A stretch of 64,000 bases of DNA from Candidatus Oxydemutatoraceae bacterium (GTDB taxonomy: Bacteria > Pseudomonadota > Gammaproteobacteria > Poriferisulfidales > Oxydemutatoraceae). The stretch is taken from assembly GCA_965220085.1 (NCBI GenBank), contig CBDCOZ010000003.1, positions 320,001 through 384,000 on the forward strand, written 5' to 3'. A program made the translations under genes and the position numbers. How positions within the stretch are numbered: the stretch's first letter is position 1; every line of letters starts with the position of its first letter. The notes below the pieces were generated by a model, which was not told where the DNA came from, did not search any database, and saw nothing but the letters and a program-made list of their open reading frames with translations. Below, one piece after another: positions 1 through 9,799 of the stretch.

Positions 1-523
1 GCGGGCGGAATGTTGCCGTAGTCGGGGGGGGCAGAATATCCACTCGTGCGGATGGGATACCGAGTAAGCGAACAACCTCGTCTTTTTGATTTTTTGAACG
101 CACCAGCGTAATGCGAGCGCTGCGATACTTTTTCCAATCGTAATAAACTCGCACCCAATTCAACGGGTTCAATAATCGCCGTTTGTTTGTCAGCATATCC
201 CCTATGTGAGTTCCGCAACAGATTGCAATATCGGGGCTGTAGGGTGTGCCGATGCCCAGTATCATGTCATACCGCCGCGCGGCTAATTGTCGGCGCAAGT
301 AGCGGTTGAACCAAATGTAGCGGAGTTTTCTCGGGCACCATGACAGATTTTGGCGGTGGATTGTCAGCTTGGGTTGGGACAGAAGTTCCTCTGGCAACGC
401 TACTTTGGTAGTGAAGCAATCAACCGTATCGCCCGCCTTCAACAGCGCCCGTATCATATTGCGAACATAGCGTTCGGCACCGCCGCTGGTGATTAACTTG
501 TCTGTCAAAATAGCAATGTTCAT
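1..523 (-). CDS. Glycosyltransferase family 4 (WaaG-like), N-terminal part; runs off the window edge
   Basis: Manual translation from ATG 523 stays open to base 1: MNIAILTDKLITSGGAERYVRNMIRALLKAGDTVDCF...CCGTH...VDILPPP; GGAERY is typical of GT4 N-termini. Absent from the ORF track because there is no stop in the window. Confidence 0.8.
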   Translation of the reverse strand, partial: MNIAILTDKLITSGGAERYVRNMIRALLKAGDTVDCFTTKVALPEELLSQPKLTIHRQNLSWCPRKLRYIWFNRYLRRQLAARRYDMILGIGTPYSPDIAICCGTHIGDMLTNKRRLLNPLNWVRVYYDWKKYRSARITLVRSKNQKDEVVRLLGIPSARVDILPPPTTATFRP

Positions 524-574
524 CGGTTGGCCTCTTGAGAGCTATTCTAGCAATAGTATGAATTATTTCGTATA

Positions 575-791
575 GCGAACGCAGAAACAACTCTAGCGGC
601 GCGACAACTTGTGAGCCGGACGGATTGTTGACACCTTCATGACCGCCTCGCCCCGCATGCCCGGCAACTAAAACGGTGTCGTCAGTGGATGATGTTGTGC
701 TTGCCGGAAATCACTTTCGTCGCTTGATGCAAGTTTGTCAGATATTAGAGGAAACCCTTATGTAAAGCCATTTTCTGCTAACTATTGACAC
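575..791 (-). pseudogene. Relic of the 5' part of an LPS kinase-like gene (copy A)
   Basis: Near-identical to ~1897-2126 (gaaacaactct...gccggacggattg...gcctcgccccgcatgcccggc). Confidence 0.65.
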
Positions 792-883
792 GGATGCAAT
801 ATTTGGTAATCTCTGGATTGAGTAGATTATAACAAAATCACAATGGCATCATTATGATGAATAGGTGATTGGGAGGATTAGTT

Positions 884-1666
884 ATGACATATACTTCAAA
901 TAAACTTTTCTTGGCATTGACCGTAGTGCTGATGACGGTCGGTGCTATGCCTGCGCTGTCAGAAACAAAGAGCAGTATCTGGGAATTTTTCTGCCCAAAC
1001 AAAAAAGATGCATCTTTTAACGATCCTGGTTGCTATGCTTCTATCATGTTTGGGCTTGAGTTTGGGACTACAGACATAACAACCGATATGGACAATACCC
1101 AAATCAAAGACAGTGAAACTGAACACCTAATCGGAGATGGAATTATCCAAAGCGAGCGGCTTGCATTGGGTGGATGGTTGGCTTCGAAGAATAACCCTTA
1201 TACTCTTGGCGTTGAGGCTGACTCCACCCTATATAACGGATCTACCCACGAGTCTCTTGGTGGCATGGGCCGATGGCAAATGAAAAAGAATAGGAGTTAC
1301 GGTATCACTGCCAAAATCGGCTACAAGCCCCCCAACTGTGGCGGAAAATGCTTAGTGTATTTTATTGGGGGTCATAGGTGGCTTTCGGCTATCGCCGAAG
1401 TGGAACCAGCCGGCCTGATACCAGATCAACCGATGATAGCTGGTTCTACGCGCCGTAATTTTGATGTTAGCGGAAATGAATTCGGAATTGGGGCTTATTT
1501 CCCTTTCTTTAATTTGTTGTGGGCAGATAATAACATGTGGAACATTGAGTATCGCCATGTGCGATATGATCTTGACTGGTCCTTCCAGACTGCGCAAAAC
1601 ACTTATAACCCTGACATTGGTGTGGATGAACATATTATTTGGTTCAATTTCTCACTCCCCAGATGA
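884..1666 (+). CDS. Secreted outer-membrane beta-barrel-like protein
   Basis: GGAGG RBS before ATG 884; signal peptide (KLFLALTVVLMTVGAMPALS); amphipathic strands YGITAKIGY, WNIEYRHVRY; C-terminal WFNFSL. Confidence 0.6.
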   Translation: MTYTSNKLFLALTVVLMTVGAMPALSETKSSIWEFFCPNKKDASFNDPGCYASIMFGLEFGTTDITTDMDNTQIKDSETEHLIGDGIIQSERLALGGWLASKNNPYTLGVEADSTLYNGSTHESLGGMGRWQMKKNRSYGITAKIGYKPPNCGGKCLVYFIGGHRWLSAIAEVEPAGLIPDQPMIAGSTRRNFDVSGNEFGIGAYFPFFNLLWADNNMWNIEYRHVRYDLDWSFQTAQNTYNPDIGVDEHIIWFNFSLPR

Positions 1667-2126
1667 GTAGCAGAAAATAGTTTCCAGCATGCCAACAGTG
1701 GCATACCGGATGTGAGATTTTTTGTAGCAAATCATACAGGGTCATCCCACCGGGAACTTTTTGGCACAGCAGATAACTTCTGCGGTCAAACTGGCTACGC
1801 CGGTCGCTCCAGAAAGCAAATGGTTCCGCGACCGGCACCCCGGCATTGAGCAAAGCCAATGCATATTTGAAAGCGACCTTGTTGTAATCACGATATAGCG
1901 AGCGCAGAAACAACTCTGTCCGGCACGACAACTTGTAAGCCGGATGGATTGTCGACATCTTCATGACCGCCTCGCCCCGCATGCCCGGCAACCGAAACGG
2001 TGTCGCCCGTGAATGATGTTGTGCTTGCCGGAAATCACTTTTGTTGCTTGATGCAAGTTTGGATGCAAGTTTGTCAGGTATAGAGAAAACCTTTATGTAA
2101 AGCCATTTTCTGCTAACTATTGACAC
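1644..2126 (-). pseudogene. Truncated LPS kinase (Kdo/WaaP/InaA-like) fragment
   Basis: VMKMSTIHP...DYNKVAF...GVPVAEPFAFW...YLLCQKV is homologous to ORF 5884-6513; it lacks the catalytic HGD loop. Confidence 0.65.
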
Positions 2127-2220
2127 GGATGCAATATCTGGTTAGTCTCTGGATTGAGTAGATTATAACGAAATCACAACGGCATCATTATGATGAATAG
2201 GTGATTAGGAGGAAATAGTT

Positions 2221-2391
2221 ATGACATATACTTCAAATAAACTTTTCTTGGCATTGACCGTAGTGCTGATGATGGTCGGTGCTATGCCTGCGCTATCAGA
2301 AACAAATAGCGGTATCTGGGAATCTCTCTGCCCAGACAAGGATGCATCTTTTAATGATATGTGTGCTATAGTCCAAATGGACATTTTCTGA
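2221..2391 (+). pseudogene. Second, truncated copy of the 5' end of the 884-1666 gene
   Basis: MTYTSNKLFLALTVVLMMVGAMPALSETNSGIWESLCPDKDASFND; homology ends ~2358; stop at 2389-2391. Confidence 0.8.
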
Positions 2392-2408
2392 TTAATTAAG
2401 GAGGTATA

Positions 2409-3227
2409 GTGATGGTACGTAAGACAGTTCTTTTTGAAGGTGATTCGTGGTTTGCATATCCTCAAGACCCTATAGGCCCTTCCAATATTTATGAAAAGTT
2501 TAAGGCTATCAATGACGTTAGATCCAGTGAGGACAGATATAAGGTTTACTTTCAGCCGTATCCAGCGGATGCTTTTGGCACGCCTAGAGGGAGGCCTCTT
2601 TCTAAGAATGGTGATACGATAAAAGACATGGCATCTGATAAGAACATAGAGCTCTGGAAGATTCTAAAAAAATCAAAAGTGTGGGCACTGATTATCTCTG
2701 GGGGAGGGAATGATATTATTAAGTGGTTAGATAAGGGGCTATTAAAGACTTATGCGGGTGGGGCTGTGAAGACTAAGAGTCGAATTAACATAAAAGTGCT
2801 TAACCGAATGTTGGGAGAAATTGAGGAGGCTTATACGACACTCATGACAAGTTTGCAAAGAACCCGAAATCCCAGCATCCATGTTTTGGCGCATAATTAT
2901 ACTTTTTTGAAACCGAGCGGAGTATCTTCAGCGATTGGGTTTGGGCTTGTTGGCCTATTCAAGGGACCTTGGTTGCGACCTTCTTTTGAGGTGGCAGGGT
3001 ATCCTTCTGAGGAGATTAGCACTACAGGCCAAGCGGTATGTGATTACGTGATGCAACAATTTTCCCAAAAGTTAGCTGACTTAGAAGGAAAATTTGGGAA
3101 TTTCCGTTTGGTTAGAAGTCAAGATATACCTAAGTTAAGTGATTGCTTGGTTGACGAACTACACTTGAACCATACGGGATGCCACAAGGTTGCCCAAGAA
3201 ATCATAAGCAAGTTGGATAATCTGTAA
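2409..3227 (+). CDS. SGNH/GDSL-family hydrolase
   Basis: Block I GDSWF, block III SGGGND, block V DELHL; RBS aaggagg. Confidence 0.8.
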   Translation: MMVRKTVLFEGDSWFAYPQDPIGPSNIYEKFKAINDVRSSEDRYKVYFQPYPADAFGTPRGRPLSKNGDTIKDMASDKNIELWKILKKSKVWALIISGGGNDIIKWLDKGLLKTYAGGAVKTKSRINIKVLNRMLGEIEEAYTTLMTSLQRTRNPSIHVLAHNYTFLKPSGVSSAIGFGLVGLFKGPWLRPSFEVAGYPSEEISTTGQAVCDYVMQQFSQKLADLEGKFGNFRLVRSQDIPKLSDCLVDELHLNHTGCHKVAQEIISKLDNL

Positions 3228-3269
3228 AGTTTAGATTAAGATTGCCTAGAACTTATCAGCGGAGGACAG

Positions 3270-3803
3270 ATGGAGAACAAAGCACACAAAAGAATACCCG
3301 TAGCAGTAGCGGTGATTTTGTCACTTGTGTTGATTTTAACCATGCTTTATTTTTATAAAGTTGCATCAGCGAGTTATAGTGCTATGGTTCCAATGGTATT
3401 CATTTTAGGGTTTACTGGGGGGCTTATCAGCAAAATTCAGAGGTTGCGGAGGGGAGGAGAAGAAAACAGGGAAAGAAAGGAAAGTAGGCTGACTGCACTT
3501 ATTCCAGATTATATACTTCCTTCCATTATAGGTGGGGTTTTTGCAATAATTTTGATGCTGGTATTTGATGGCGGACTTATTAAGGGGGTAGTGTTCCCTA
3601 CTTATCCTGAGCCTAAAGATTTTCCAGTTAGGGATGCTACGGAATTCCTTATATGGGTAAAAACATATTACCCTATTAATGGTGGAGAGATTGCCAAGTT
3701 ATGGGTTTGGTCCTTTTTAGCAGGGTTTAGTGAGCGGTTCGTTCTTGACATTCTTAGTGGGTTGAGTTCGCGGCGCGGAGGAAACAAATCAGAATCTTCA
3801 TAA
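3270..3803 (+). CDS. Four-TM membrane protein with FLAGFSERF motif
   Basis: Four hydrophobic segments; RBS ggagga; co-oriented with the SGNH gene. Confidence 0.75.
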   Translation: MENKAHKRIPVAVAVILSLVLILTMLYFYKVASASYSAMVPMVFILGFTGGLISKIQRLRRGGEENRERKESRLTALIPDYILPSIIGGVFAIILMLVFDGGLIKGVVFPTYPEPKDFPVRDATEFLIWVKTYYPINGGEIAKLWVWSFLAGFSERFVLDILSGLSSRRGGNKSESS

Positions 3804-3828
3804 TCTGGGTTTGCTAGTCATCTGTGGC

Positions 3829-3939
3829 GGAAGTAGCTATTTCATAGAAACCTTTGATGCGTAGCCGATGTGTTGATATTGCATGTCGGCTACGTTTTTT
3901 GTTGAGGTCAGGAATCCGGAATGCTTCTGGCATTATTCA
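3829..3939 (-). mobile_element. IS481-family left-end relic
   Basis: Reverse complement TGAATAATGCCAGAAGCATTCCGGATT...CGTAGCCGACATGCAATATCAACACATCGGC...AAAGGTTTCTAT matches 42180-42290. Confidence 0.85.
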
Positions 3940-4866
3940 CTCCGTAGGAAGCTCGGACAACAATGTTGAACCCAGTTTCCGAATATCTTTTCTGGCCAAC
4001 ACCGGCAAATTAATGTCTTTCTGAATCTCCAAGGAGCGGTCATCGATGCCTATGATGACCGACCTTATCCCGTGTTGCAACGCACGGATACCGCCGTGCA
4101 AGCGAGTGCCGACATAATCGGTATCATTCTCTGCCAGAAACGCATCGTAAGCATTTAATGAGGGGGGAATTATATTTGCTTTCTTGAGCATTGCCTCATC
4201 TGCCACACTCAAAAAATACTCCATATCCCCAAGTTGCTGGGGCCAGAAGTGCAACTCATCATAAATTGTATCCAGAGTAGATAACATCAACCGATCGCTA
4301 TCAGATGGCTTATGTCCCGTGACGGTGAAGACCGCCTTGCTTGATTTCTTAGTCGGTATCTTCTTGCAATGCTCTTCGCTTAGCGACCATGTGGTCAGGC
4401 AAGACGTGTTGACAACATTTGTAATGCCAATCGCATGCAACATCTCTTGCACCCGGCTATCGCGCACAGAGTGAAGCAACTCGCTATTCAGCGCTTTGTG
4501 GTAAAAGCGCTTCTGCCTGTACCTGACTCGTTTTTTGTAATTGCTCCAGCCCACCCCGCAAAGAAGAACTTTGTTCGCCAGAGAAGCCGCATCCCCGCGG
4601 CGCAACCGCCAGCCGCGATTCATTCTGTGCCTTGACTGCAAGATATTGGTGCCCAGCATCAGGCTCAGCGGGGATTCCCGAATCAGTTTCCGTCCCACTT
4701 TCCCGATATAGTCATGCGTGGGAACATTCGTGACATGAAGCTTATCCAACACGAAACTGAGTTCCTTAAGCATTGAACCCACAATTATTAAGTCACCTAA
4801 ATTGGAAGTGGAAACTGCGGTGTCCAATAAGTTAATGCGCTTGAGACGGCTATCGTGAAATGTCAT
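3937..4866 (-). CDS. Polysaccharide pyruvyl transferase family protein; stop codon supplied by the IS end
   Basis: NLGD at the N-terminus, SVRD, YVGTRLHGGIRAL motifs. Confidence 0.85.
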   Translation of the reverse strand: MTFHDSRLKRINLLDTAVSTSNLGDLIIVGSMLKELSFVLDKLHVTNVPTHDYIGKVGRKLIRESPLSLMLGTNILQSRHRMNRGWRLRRGDAASLANKVLLCGVGWSNYKKRVRYRQKRFYHKALNSELLHSVRDSRVQEMLHAIGITNVVNTSCLTTWSLSEEHCKKIPTKKSSKAVFTVTGHKPSDSDRLMLSTLDTIYDELHFWPQQLGDMEYFLSVADEAMLKKANIIPPSLNAYDAFLAENDTDYVGTRLHGGIRALQHGIRSVIIGIDDRSLEIQKDINLPVLARKDIRKLGSTLLSELPTE

Positions 4867-4869
4867 AGC

Positions 4870-5562
4870 TCACGATGGTTTGGTAAGAATGGCCACATAG
4901 TTTTTAGGATAACCTCTTTTGGTGAATTTGTATCGCATCTCCATCCGGTGAAAGAAAATAGACAATACATATGCGCTGATTCTGGCGGCAAAGACCAGCG
5001 GAACAGACAAAGCGCCGAGAATTCCTCCGCCAAATTCTTTCGGGTTCATCGGCAGGTGTTTTGCCATTCCTTTCAGTTGATAGCCGAGTGTGCTGTAGTA
5101 ACCTTCCATCCAATCTAACCGATTAATCGTAAACCCAGCATCGGTGAATAACATACGAAGACCAAACTGTGTATATCTGAAAAAGTCATACGGTTTTTCA
5201 TGCTCCTCGTAAAAGAGAGGACCGGTATAAATCATCCGGCCGCCGGGCTTGAGCACACGGAACAGTTCTGTCAGCGCTTTCTGCGGATTGGGCAAGTGCT
5301 CCATGACCTGATTAAACAGTATGCAGTCGAATCTGGCATCCTCAACGGGGATGTCGGTCAAGTCGCAAACATAAGCGGGCTGCGCGTATTTTTTGTCCAC
5401 CTTTTTGAAGTCCGCGGCTTCGTAGCGCGTATGTGCAAACAGATGCTTGTATCGTTGGTCGCCCGCTCCCGCATCCAAAACGACGGCGCCGGCGGGTATT
5501 GACTTGGCAAAAAGGCTGTTCTCTTCGCACAGCCGTTGTCGTGATGAGTTAAGTCGGGCCAT
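4870..5562 (-). CDS. Class I SAM-dependent methyltransferase (Methyltransf_11-like, glycan-associated)
   Basis: VLDAGAG, FDCILFNQVMEH, RVLKPGG, HEKPYDFFRYT. Confidence 0.85.
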   Translation of the reverse strand: MARLNSSRQRLCEENSLFAKSIPAGAVVLDAGAGDQRYKHLFAHTRYEAADFKKVDKKYAQPAYVCDLTDIPVEDARFDCILFNQVMEHLPNPQKALTELFRVLKPGGRMIYTGPLFYEEHEKPYDFFRYTQFGLRMLFTDAGFTINRLDWMEGYYSTLGYQLKGMAKHLPMNPKEFGGGILGALSVPLVFAARISAYVLSIFFHRMEMRYKFTKRGYPKNYVAILTKPS

Positions 5563-5580
5563 TGTCTCGCGGGTTGAAAA

Positions 5581-5755
5581 GAGTGGGTCGCTGGGTGTTA
5601 AACCATGACAGATATTTTATCCGACAATCATTGAATGTCCGAATGTCGGTCGGCAACAGACCCTATTCAGATTCCGCACATTCTTCCTGAAGTGCGCGGT
5701 TAAAGCGTTCCTTGAGCCTTCATTTTCGGATATTGGGGATAGGTATAGCGGTGGT
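5581..5755 (-). mobile_element. IS481 transposase C-terminal relic
   Basis: Reverse complement gaacgctttaaccgcgcacttcaggaagaa...gacattcaatgatt...tatctgtcatggtttaacacccagcgacc matches ~43005-43180. Confidence 0.8.
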
Positions 5756-5883
5756 TGGAGAAGTTGTTGATGTGTGCCGGGCGTATTGTGACCAATGGGA
5801 ATATTGTTGGCTACCTTTCAAATGCTTCCTCATCGGATATGTTCGGCACTTTCTTCAGTGCATCATAAACCTCTTTCATAGTG

Positions 5884-6513
5884 CTAAACAAGATGGGGCC
5901 GCAACTCATTGGGCGGGGCGGGCGCATCCAGCAAGAAGTTCTTTGCTTCTGAGTCGCCGTGACGCCAGCCCAAATCGTGGATGCGCCGAATAGTCGCGCA
6001 CATATTCGATAGCAGGGCGTCGGCGCATTCGCGCAAATGCGGGTTCTCTGATGCTTTCAGCGCGCGAAGCAACTTCTCGCCGTTCGTGCTTTTGTTGATC
6101 TTTTCATACATGAAATATGTTTTTGTGCGCATCCCTTTTCCGGTGCGCCAAAAGGCAATGGGCGTTGGGGCGGCGATGCCGAGTTTGCGTAATGCGCAAC
6201 ATGCCACAAATGCCTTCTTGTTGTGATCTCTGCCAATCCAATGCTTTAAGAACAGTTCAAGTTTGCGGTTCCATGGGTGGGTCGGATTAATCGTTGAGAC
6301 TTTCATAACAACATCGCGATTGATACACGCCAAGCGGAACATATATACAAATCGCCCGCGGCTGACAGCGGTTTCAACTAAATGCTCATCGGTTTCATGT
6401 TGTTCAAACTCACGATTATTGAGCCACTGATCCAGTGCTTTGCTCGGTTTCGTGTTGTGCAAACTCACGATCATTGAGTCGCTAATCCGGTGCTTTGCTC
6501 GGCGAATGCGCAT
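5884..6513 (-). pseudogene. LPS kinase (Kdo/WaaP/InaA-like), apparently C-terminally truncated
   Basis: VVMK, GIAAPTPIAF, YFMYEKI, IHDLGWRHGDSEAKNFLL; stops before the expected lID motif. Confidence 0.65.
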
Positions 6514-6655
6514 GGCTGGTTGTTATCGTTCCTTGACACAGGCGGTTCGGGCCATCCTGCTGACCTGCGTGAAAGAGTGAAAAACAATATTAGCCGAGAA
6601 CTTTGACTCGAGCGTTGGCAGATGAGGGAGTCTGCGCTATGGCCGATTGACGATG

Positions 6656-6898
6656 CTAGGAATTGCGTTTCTTAGGTATTATTATGTTGCGCTCCCAGCG
6701 AGGTATGTGGTTATGGGCGCGAGGTATGCGGTTAGGCAGAGCAGGAGGACTCCGGTCAAGCCATTCTTTATGTAGATCTCTTCGTGAATCCATGAAATTA
6801 TGGTCTAGCAGAGGAATCTCTTTGCCAGAAGCATCTGTAGCAAATGCATGCGGGAATGAAGGAAGCAACAAGACGATAAAAAGTATTAAGTGTTTCAT
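6656..6898 (-). CDS. Small secreted protein (MKHLI family, divergent member)
   Basis: Signal peptide MKHLILFIVLLLPSFPHAFA shared with the 17.9-19.3 kb ORFs; gaggtga RBS. Confidence 0.7.
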   Translation of the reverse strand: MKHLILFIVLLLPSFPHAFATDASGKEIPLLDHNFMDSRRDLHKEWLDRSPPALPNRIPRAHNHIPRWERNIIIPKKRNS

Positions 6899-7122
6899 AG
6901 TTCACCTCTAAGATACTGAAACAAAATCATACCATAAAACTCGGAAATGATGAGCAATATATTATGCGATTATTCAACAGGCTATATGATGCCATTGCAT
7001 CTCAAGCAAATTAAGTGATAGTTCTAATCTAAAATGGCTGGGCATAATCTTTAGCTATTTACTCTTCCGCGCTTTTGAGTGAGGCATGCACATAGGGCAA
7101 CGTTTTTAGCAATCTTTGCATA

Positions 7123-9798
7123 TCATGGGCAGGTAATATCCATCCGCTTGTGATGTTCGGTAGCTTCAACTTGCGCGTCCGTTATCTTTTTGTAACGTTC
7201 GGTAGCCTCATCTTGCGCACCCGTCAGTTTTGTGCGGGACAACCGCTCGGCGAGCGTATCTCGGTACTCCTCTGCATATTTATTCCCGTTAGCTGTTGCA
7301 ATAGAAAGCCATATATACGCTTCTTTGTAGTCTTTCTTCGGAACGCCTCGCCCGTCCGCATACATCACAGCTAGACTGTGTTGCGCCACGGCATCATTCT
7401 GTTTGGCAGCTTTACGATACCAGTCCACAGCCGTTCTATCATTCTGCGGAACGCCTCGCCCATTTGCGTACATCCAACCGAGATTGTATTGTGCTTCGGC
7501 TAACCTCTGTTCCGCGGCATCCTCAAACCATTTCACAGCCGTTCTATCATTCTGTGGAACGCCTCGTCCGCTTTCGTACATCCGGCCGAGATTGTTTTGT
7601 GCTTCGGCTAATCCCTGCTCCGCGGCTTTCCGATACCATTCCACAGCCTCTTTGTCATCTTTCTTAACACCATATCCATCTTCATGTAGCTGACCGAGGC
7701 CAAATTGTGCTACGGCTAACCCTTGTTTAGCGGCTTTCCGATACCATTTCACAGCCTCTTTGTCATTCTTCTTTTTATCGTCTTCCTCAACACCCCGCCC
7801 ATTTGCGTACATCCAACCGAGCCTGTGTTGTGCTTCGTCTAACCCCTGTTCAGCGGCTTTTCGATACCATTTCACAGCCTCTTTGTCATCTTTCTCAACA
7901 CCTCGCCCATTTGCGTACATCTGACCGAGAAGGTGTTGTGCTTCGGCTAACTTCTGATCAGTAGCTTTCCGGTACCATTTCACAGCCTCTTTGTCATCTT
8001 TCTCAACGCCTTGCCCCGTTGCGTACATCCGACCAAGGTCTTTTTGTGCTTCGGCAACCTTCTGATCAGCTAACGGTTGATCAGCTAACGGTTTTAAAAT
8101 CGCAATAGCGTGCCAATACCATTCCACAGCCTTTTCACAATCTTCCTCAACGCCTTGCCCCTTTTCGTACATCTGACCGAGAAGGCGTTGTGCTTTGGGC
8201 AGCCCCTGTTTAGCGGCTTTCCGATACCATTTCACAGCCTCTTTGTCATTCTTCTCTTTATCATCTTCCTCAACGCCTCGCCCATCTGCGTACATCAAGC
8301 CGAGACTGTTTTGTGCTTCGGCTAATCCCTGCTTCGCGGCTTTTTGATACCACTTCACAGCCTCTTTGTCATCTTTCTCAACACCTTGCCCATTTTCGTA
8401 CATCAAACCGAGACTGTATTGTGCTTCGGCTAACCCCTGCTTCGCGGCTTTCTGATACCATTTCACAGCCTTTTTGTCATCTTTCTCAACGCCTCGCCCA
8501 TTTTCGTACATCAAACCGAGATTGTATTGTGCTCTAGCCGACCCCCGATTAGCAGCTCTCTGATACCATTCCACAGTCTTTTTGTCATCTTCCTCAACGC
8601 CTCGCCCATTTGCGTACATCAAACCGAGACTGCGTTGTGCTTCGGCTAGTCCCTGTTTAGCGGCTTTCCGATACCATTTCATAGCCTCTTTGTCATCTTT
8701 CTCAACGCCTCGCCCATTTTCGTACATCAAACCGAGACTGTATTGTGCTTCGGCTAACTCTTGCTTCGCGGCATCCTCAAACCACTTCACAGCCTTTTTG
8801 TCATCTTCCTCAACGCCTTGCCCATTTGCGTACATCCAACCGAGATGATATTGTGCTTCGGCCAACCCTCGTTTAGCGGCATCCTCAAACCACTTCACAG
8901 CCTTTTTGTCATTCTCCTTTTTATCGTCTTCCTCAACCCCTCGCTCATTTGCGTACATCCAACCGAGAAGGTATTGTGCTTCGGCTAACCCCTGTTTAGC
9001 AGCTTTTCGATACCACTTCACAGCCTTTTTGTCATCTTTCTCAACACCTCGCCCATCTTCGTACATCCAACCGAGAAGGTATTGTGCTTCGGCTAATCCC
9101 TGCTCCGCGGCCGCGGCTTTCCGATACCATTTCACAGCCTCTTTATAATCTTGTGTAACACCTTGCCCATTTGCGTACATCCAACCGAGACTGTTTTGTG
9201 CTTCGGCTAATCCCTGCTCCGCAGCTTTCCGATACCATTCCACAGCCTTTTTGTCATCTTTCTCAACGCCTCGCCCAGTTTCGTACATCAAACCGAGACT
9301 GTATTGTGCGAAGGCATCATATTGCCATGCCTTTTTCTCAACTTCGTTAAGGCTTGACAGGTGTGCGCAGTTACTTCCGCCGTTGCCATTTGATAGATTC
9401 TTTGCCCCCGCTGTGGTTGATGACTCATTTAGTATCTCCCTAGACATTTCTGGTTTTGCTACAAAAGTTACGCCTCCGATAGTTAGTTGTGTCAGCTGAT
9501 CTAAAAACTTGTCTATCTCATTGTCATATTTATTTACGAACCAAAAACCCATCCCTGCCACTACGAGTGGCCATAATATATTGGCTTTAATCCTTAGCTT
9601 TTTCTCAGCAAGCACCAGTAAACCGAGAAAAATCACTGCAAGACAGAGAAAAGTAATTATTGGAGGCACATCCAGCCATCCATCAGCTATAAACACCCCT
9701 GCAACAGCTATTGCCAAAGCGAGCATAATTATTGGAGCAGGCAGATTAGACAGCCTAACTATTGCGCTATAAGTTTTTCGCAGGATATTCAAATTCAT
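7123..9798 (-). CDS. Membrane-anchored Sel1-like repeat protein (3 TM + ~18 SLRs)
   Basis: Repeated AEAQxxLGxMYxxGRGVEKDDKxAVKWYRKAAxQG; three N-terminal hydrophobic helices. Confidence 0.95.
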   Translation of the reverse strand: MNLNILRKTYSAIVRLSNLPAPIIMLALAIAVAGVFIADGWLDVPPIITFLCLAVIFLGLLVLAEKKLRIKANILWPLVVAGMGFWFVNKYDNEIDKFLDQLTQLTIGGVTFVAKPEMSREILNESSTTAGAKNLSNGNGGSNCAHLSSLNEVEKKAWQYDAFAQYSLGLMYETGRGVEKDDKKAVEWYRKAAEQGLAEAQNSLGWMYANGQGVTQDYKEAVKWYRKAAAAEQGLAEAQYLLGWMYEDGRGVEKDDKKAVKWYRKAAKQGLAEAQYLLGWMYANERGVEEDDKKENDKKAVKWFEDAAKRGLAEAQYHLGWMYANGQGVEEDDKKAVKWFEDAAKQELAEAQYSLGLMYENGRGVEKDDKEAMKWYRKAAKQGLAEAQRSLGLMYANGRGVEEDDKKTVEWYQRAANRGSARAQYNLGLMYENGRGVEKDDKKAVKWYQKAAKQGLAEAQYSLGLMYENGQGVEKDDKEAVKWYQKAAKQGLAEAQNSLGLMYADGRGVEEDDKEKNDKEAVKWYRKAAKQGLPKAQRLLGQMYEKGQGVEEDCEKAVEWYWHAIAILKPLADQPLADQKVAEAQKDLGRMYATGQGVEKDDKEAVKWYRKATDQKLAEAQHLLGQMYANGRGVEKDDKEAVKWYRKAAEQGLDEAQHRLGWMYANGRGVEEDDKKKNDKEAVKWYRKAAKQGLAVAQFGLGQLHEDGYGVKKDDKEAVEWYRKAAEQGLAEAQNNLGRMYESGRGVPQNDRTAVKWFEDAAEQRLAEAQYNLGWMYANGRGVPQNDRTAVDWYRKAAKQNDAVAQHSLAVMYADGRGVPKKDYKEAYIWLSIATANGNKYAEEYRDTLAERLSRTKLTGAQDEATERYKKITDAQVEATEHHKRMDITCP

Positions 9799-9799
9799 T

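Noticed and set aside
5811-5880. Short frame MKEVYDALKKVPNISDEEAFER following the truncated kinase
   Set aside because: Only 22 codons; possibly a remnant of an inserted gene but not supportable without a search.
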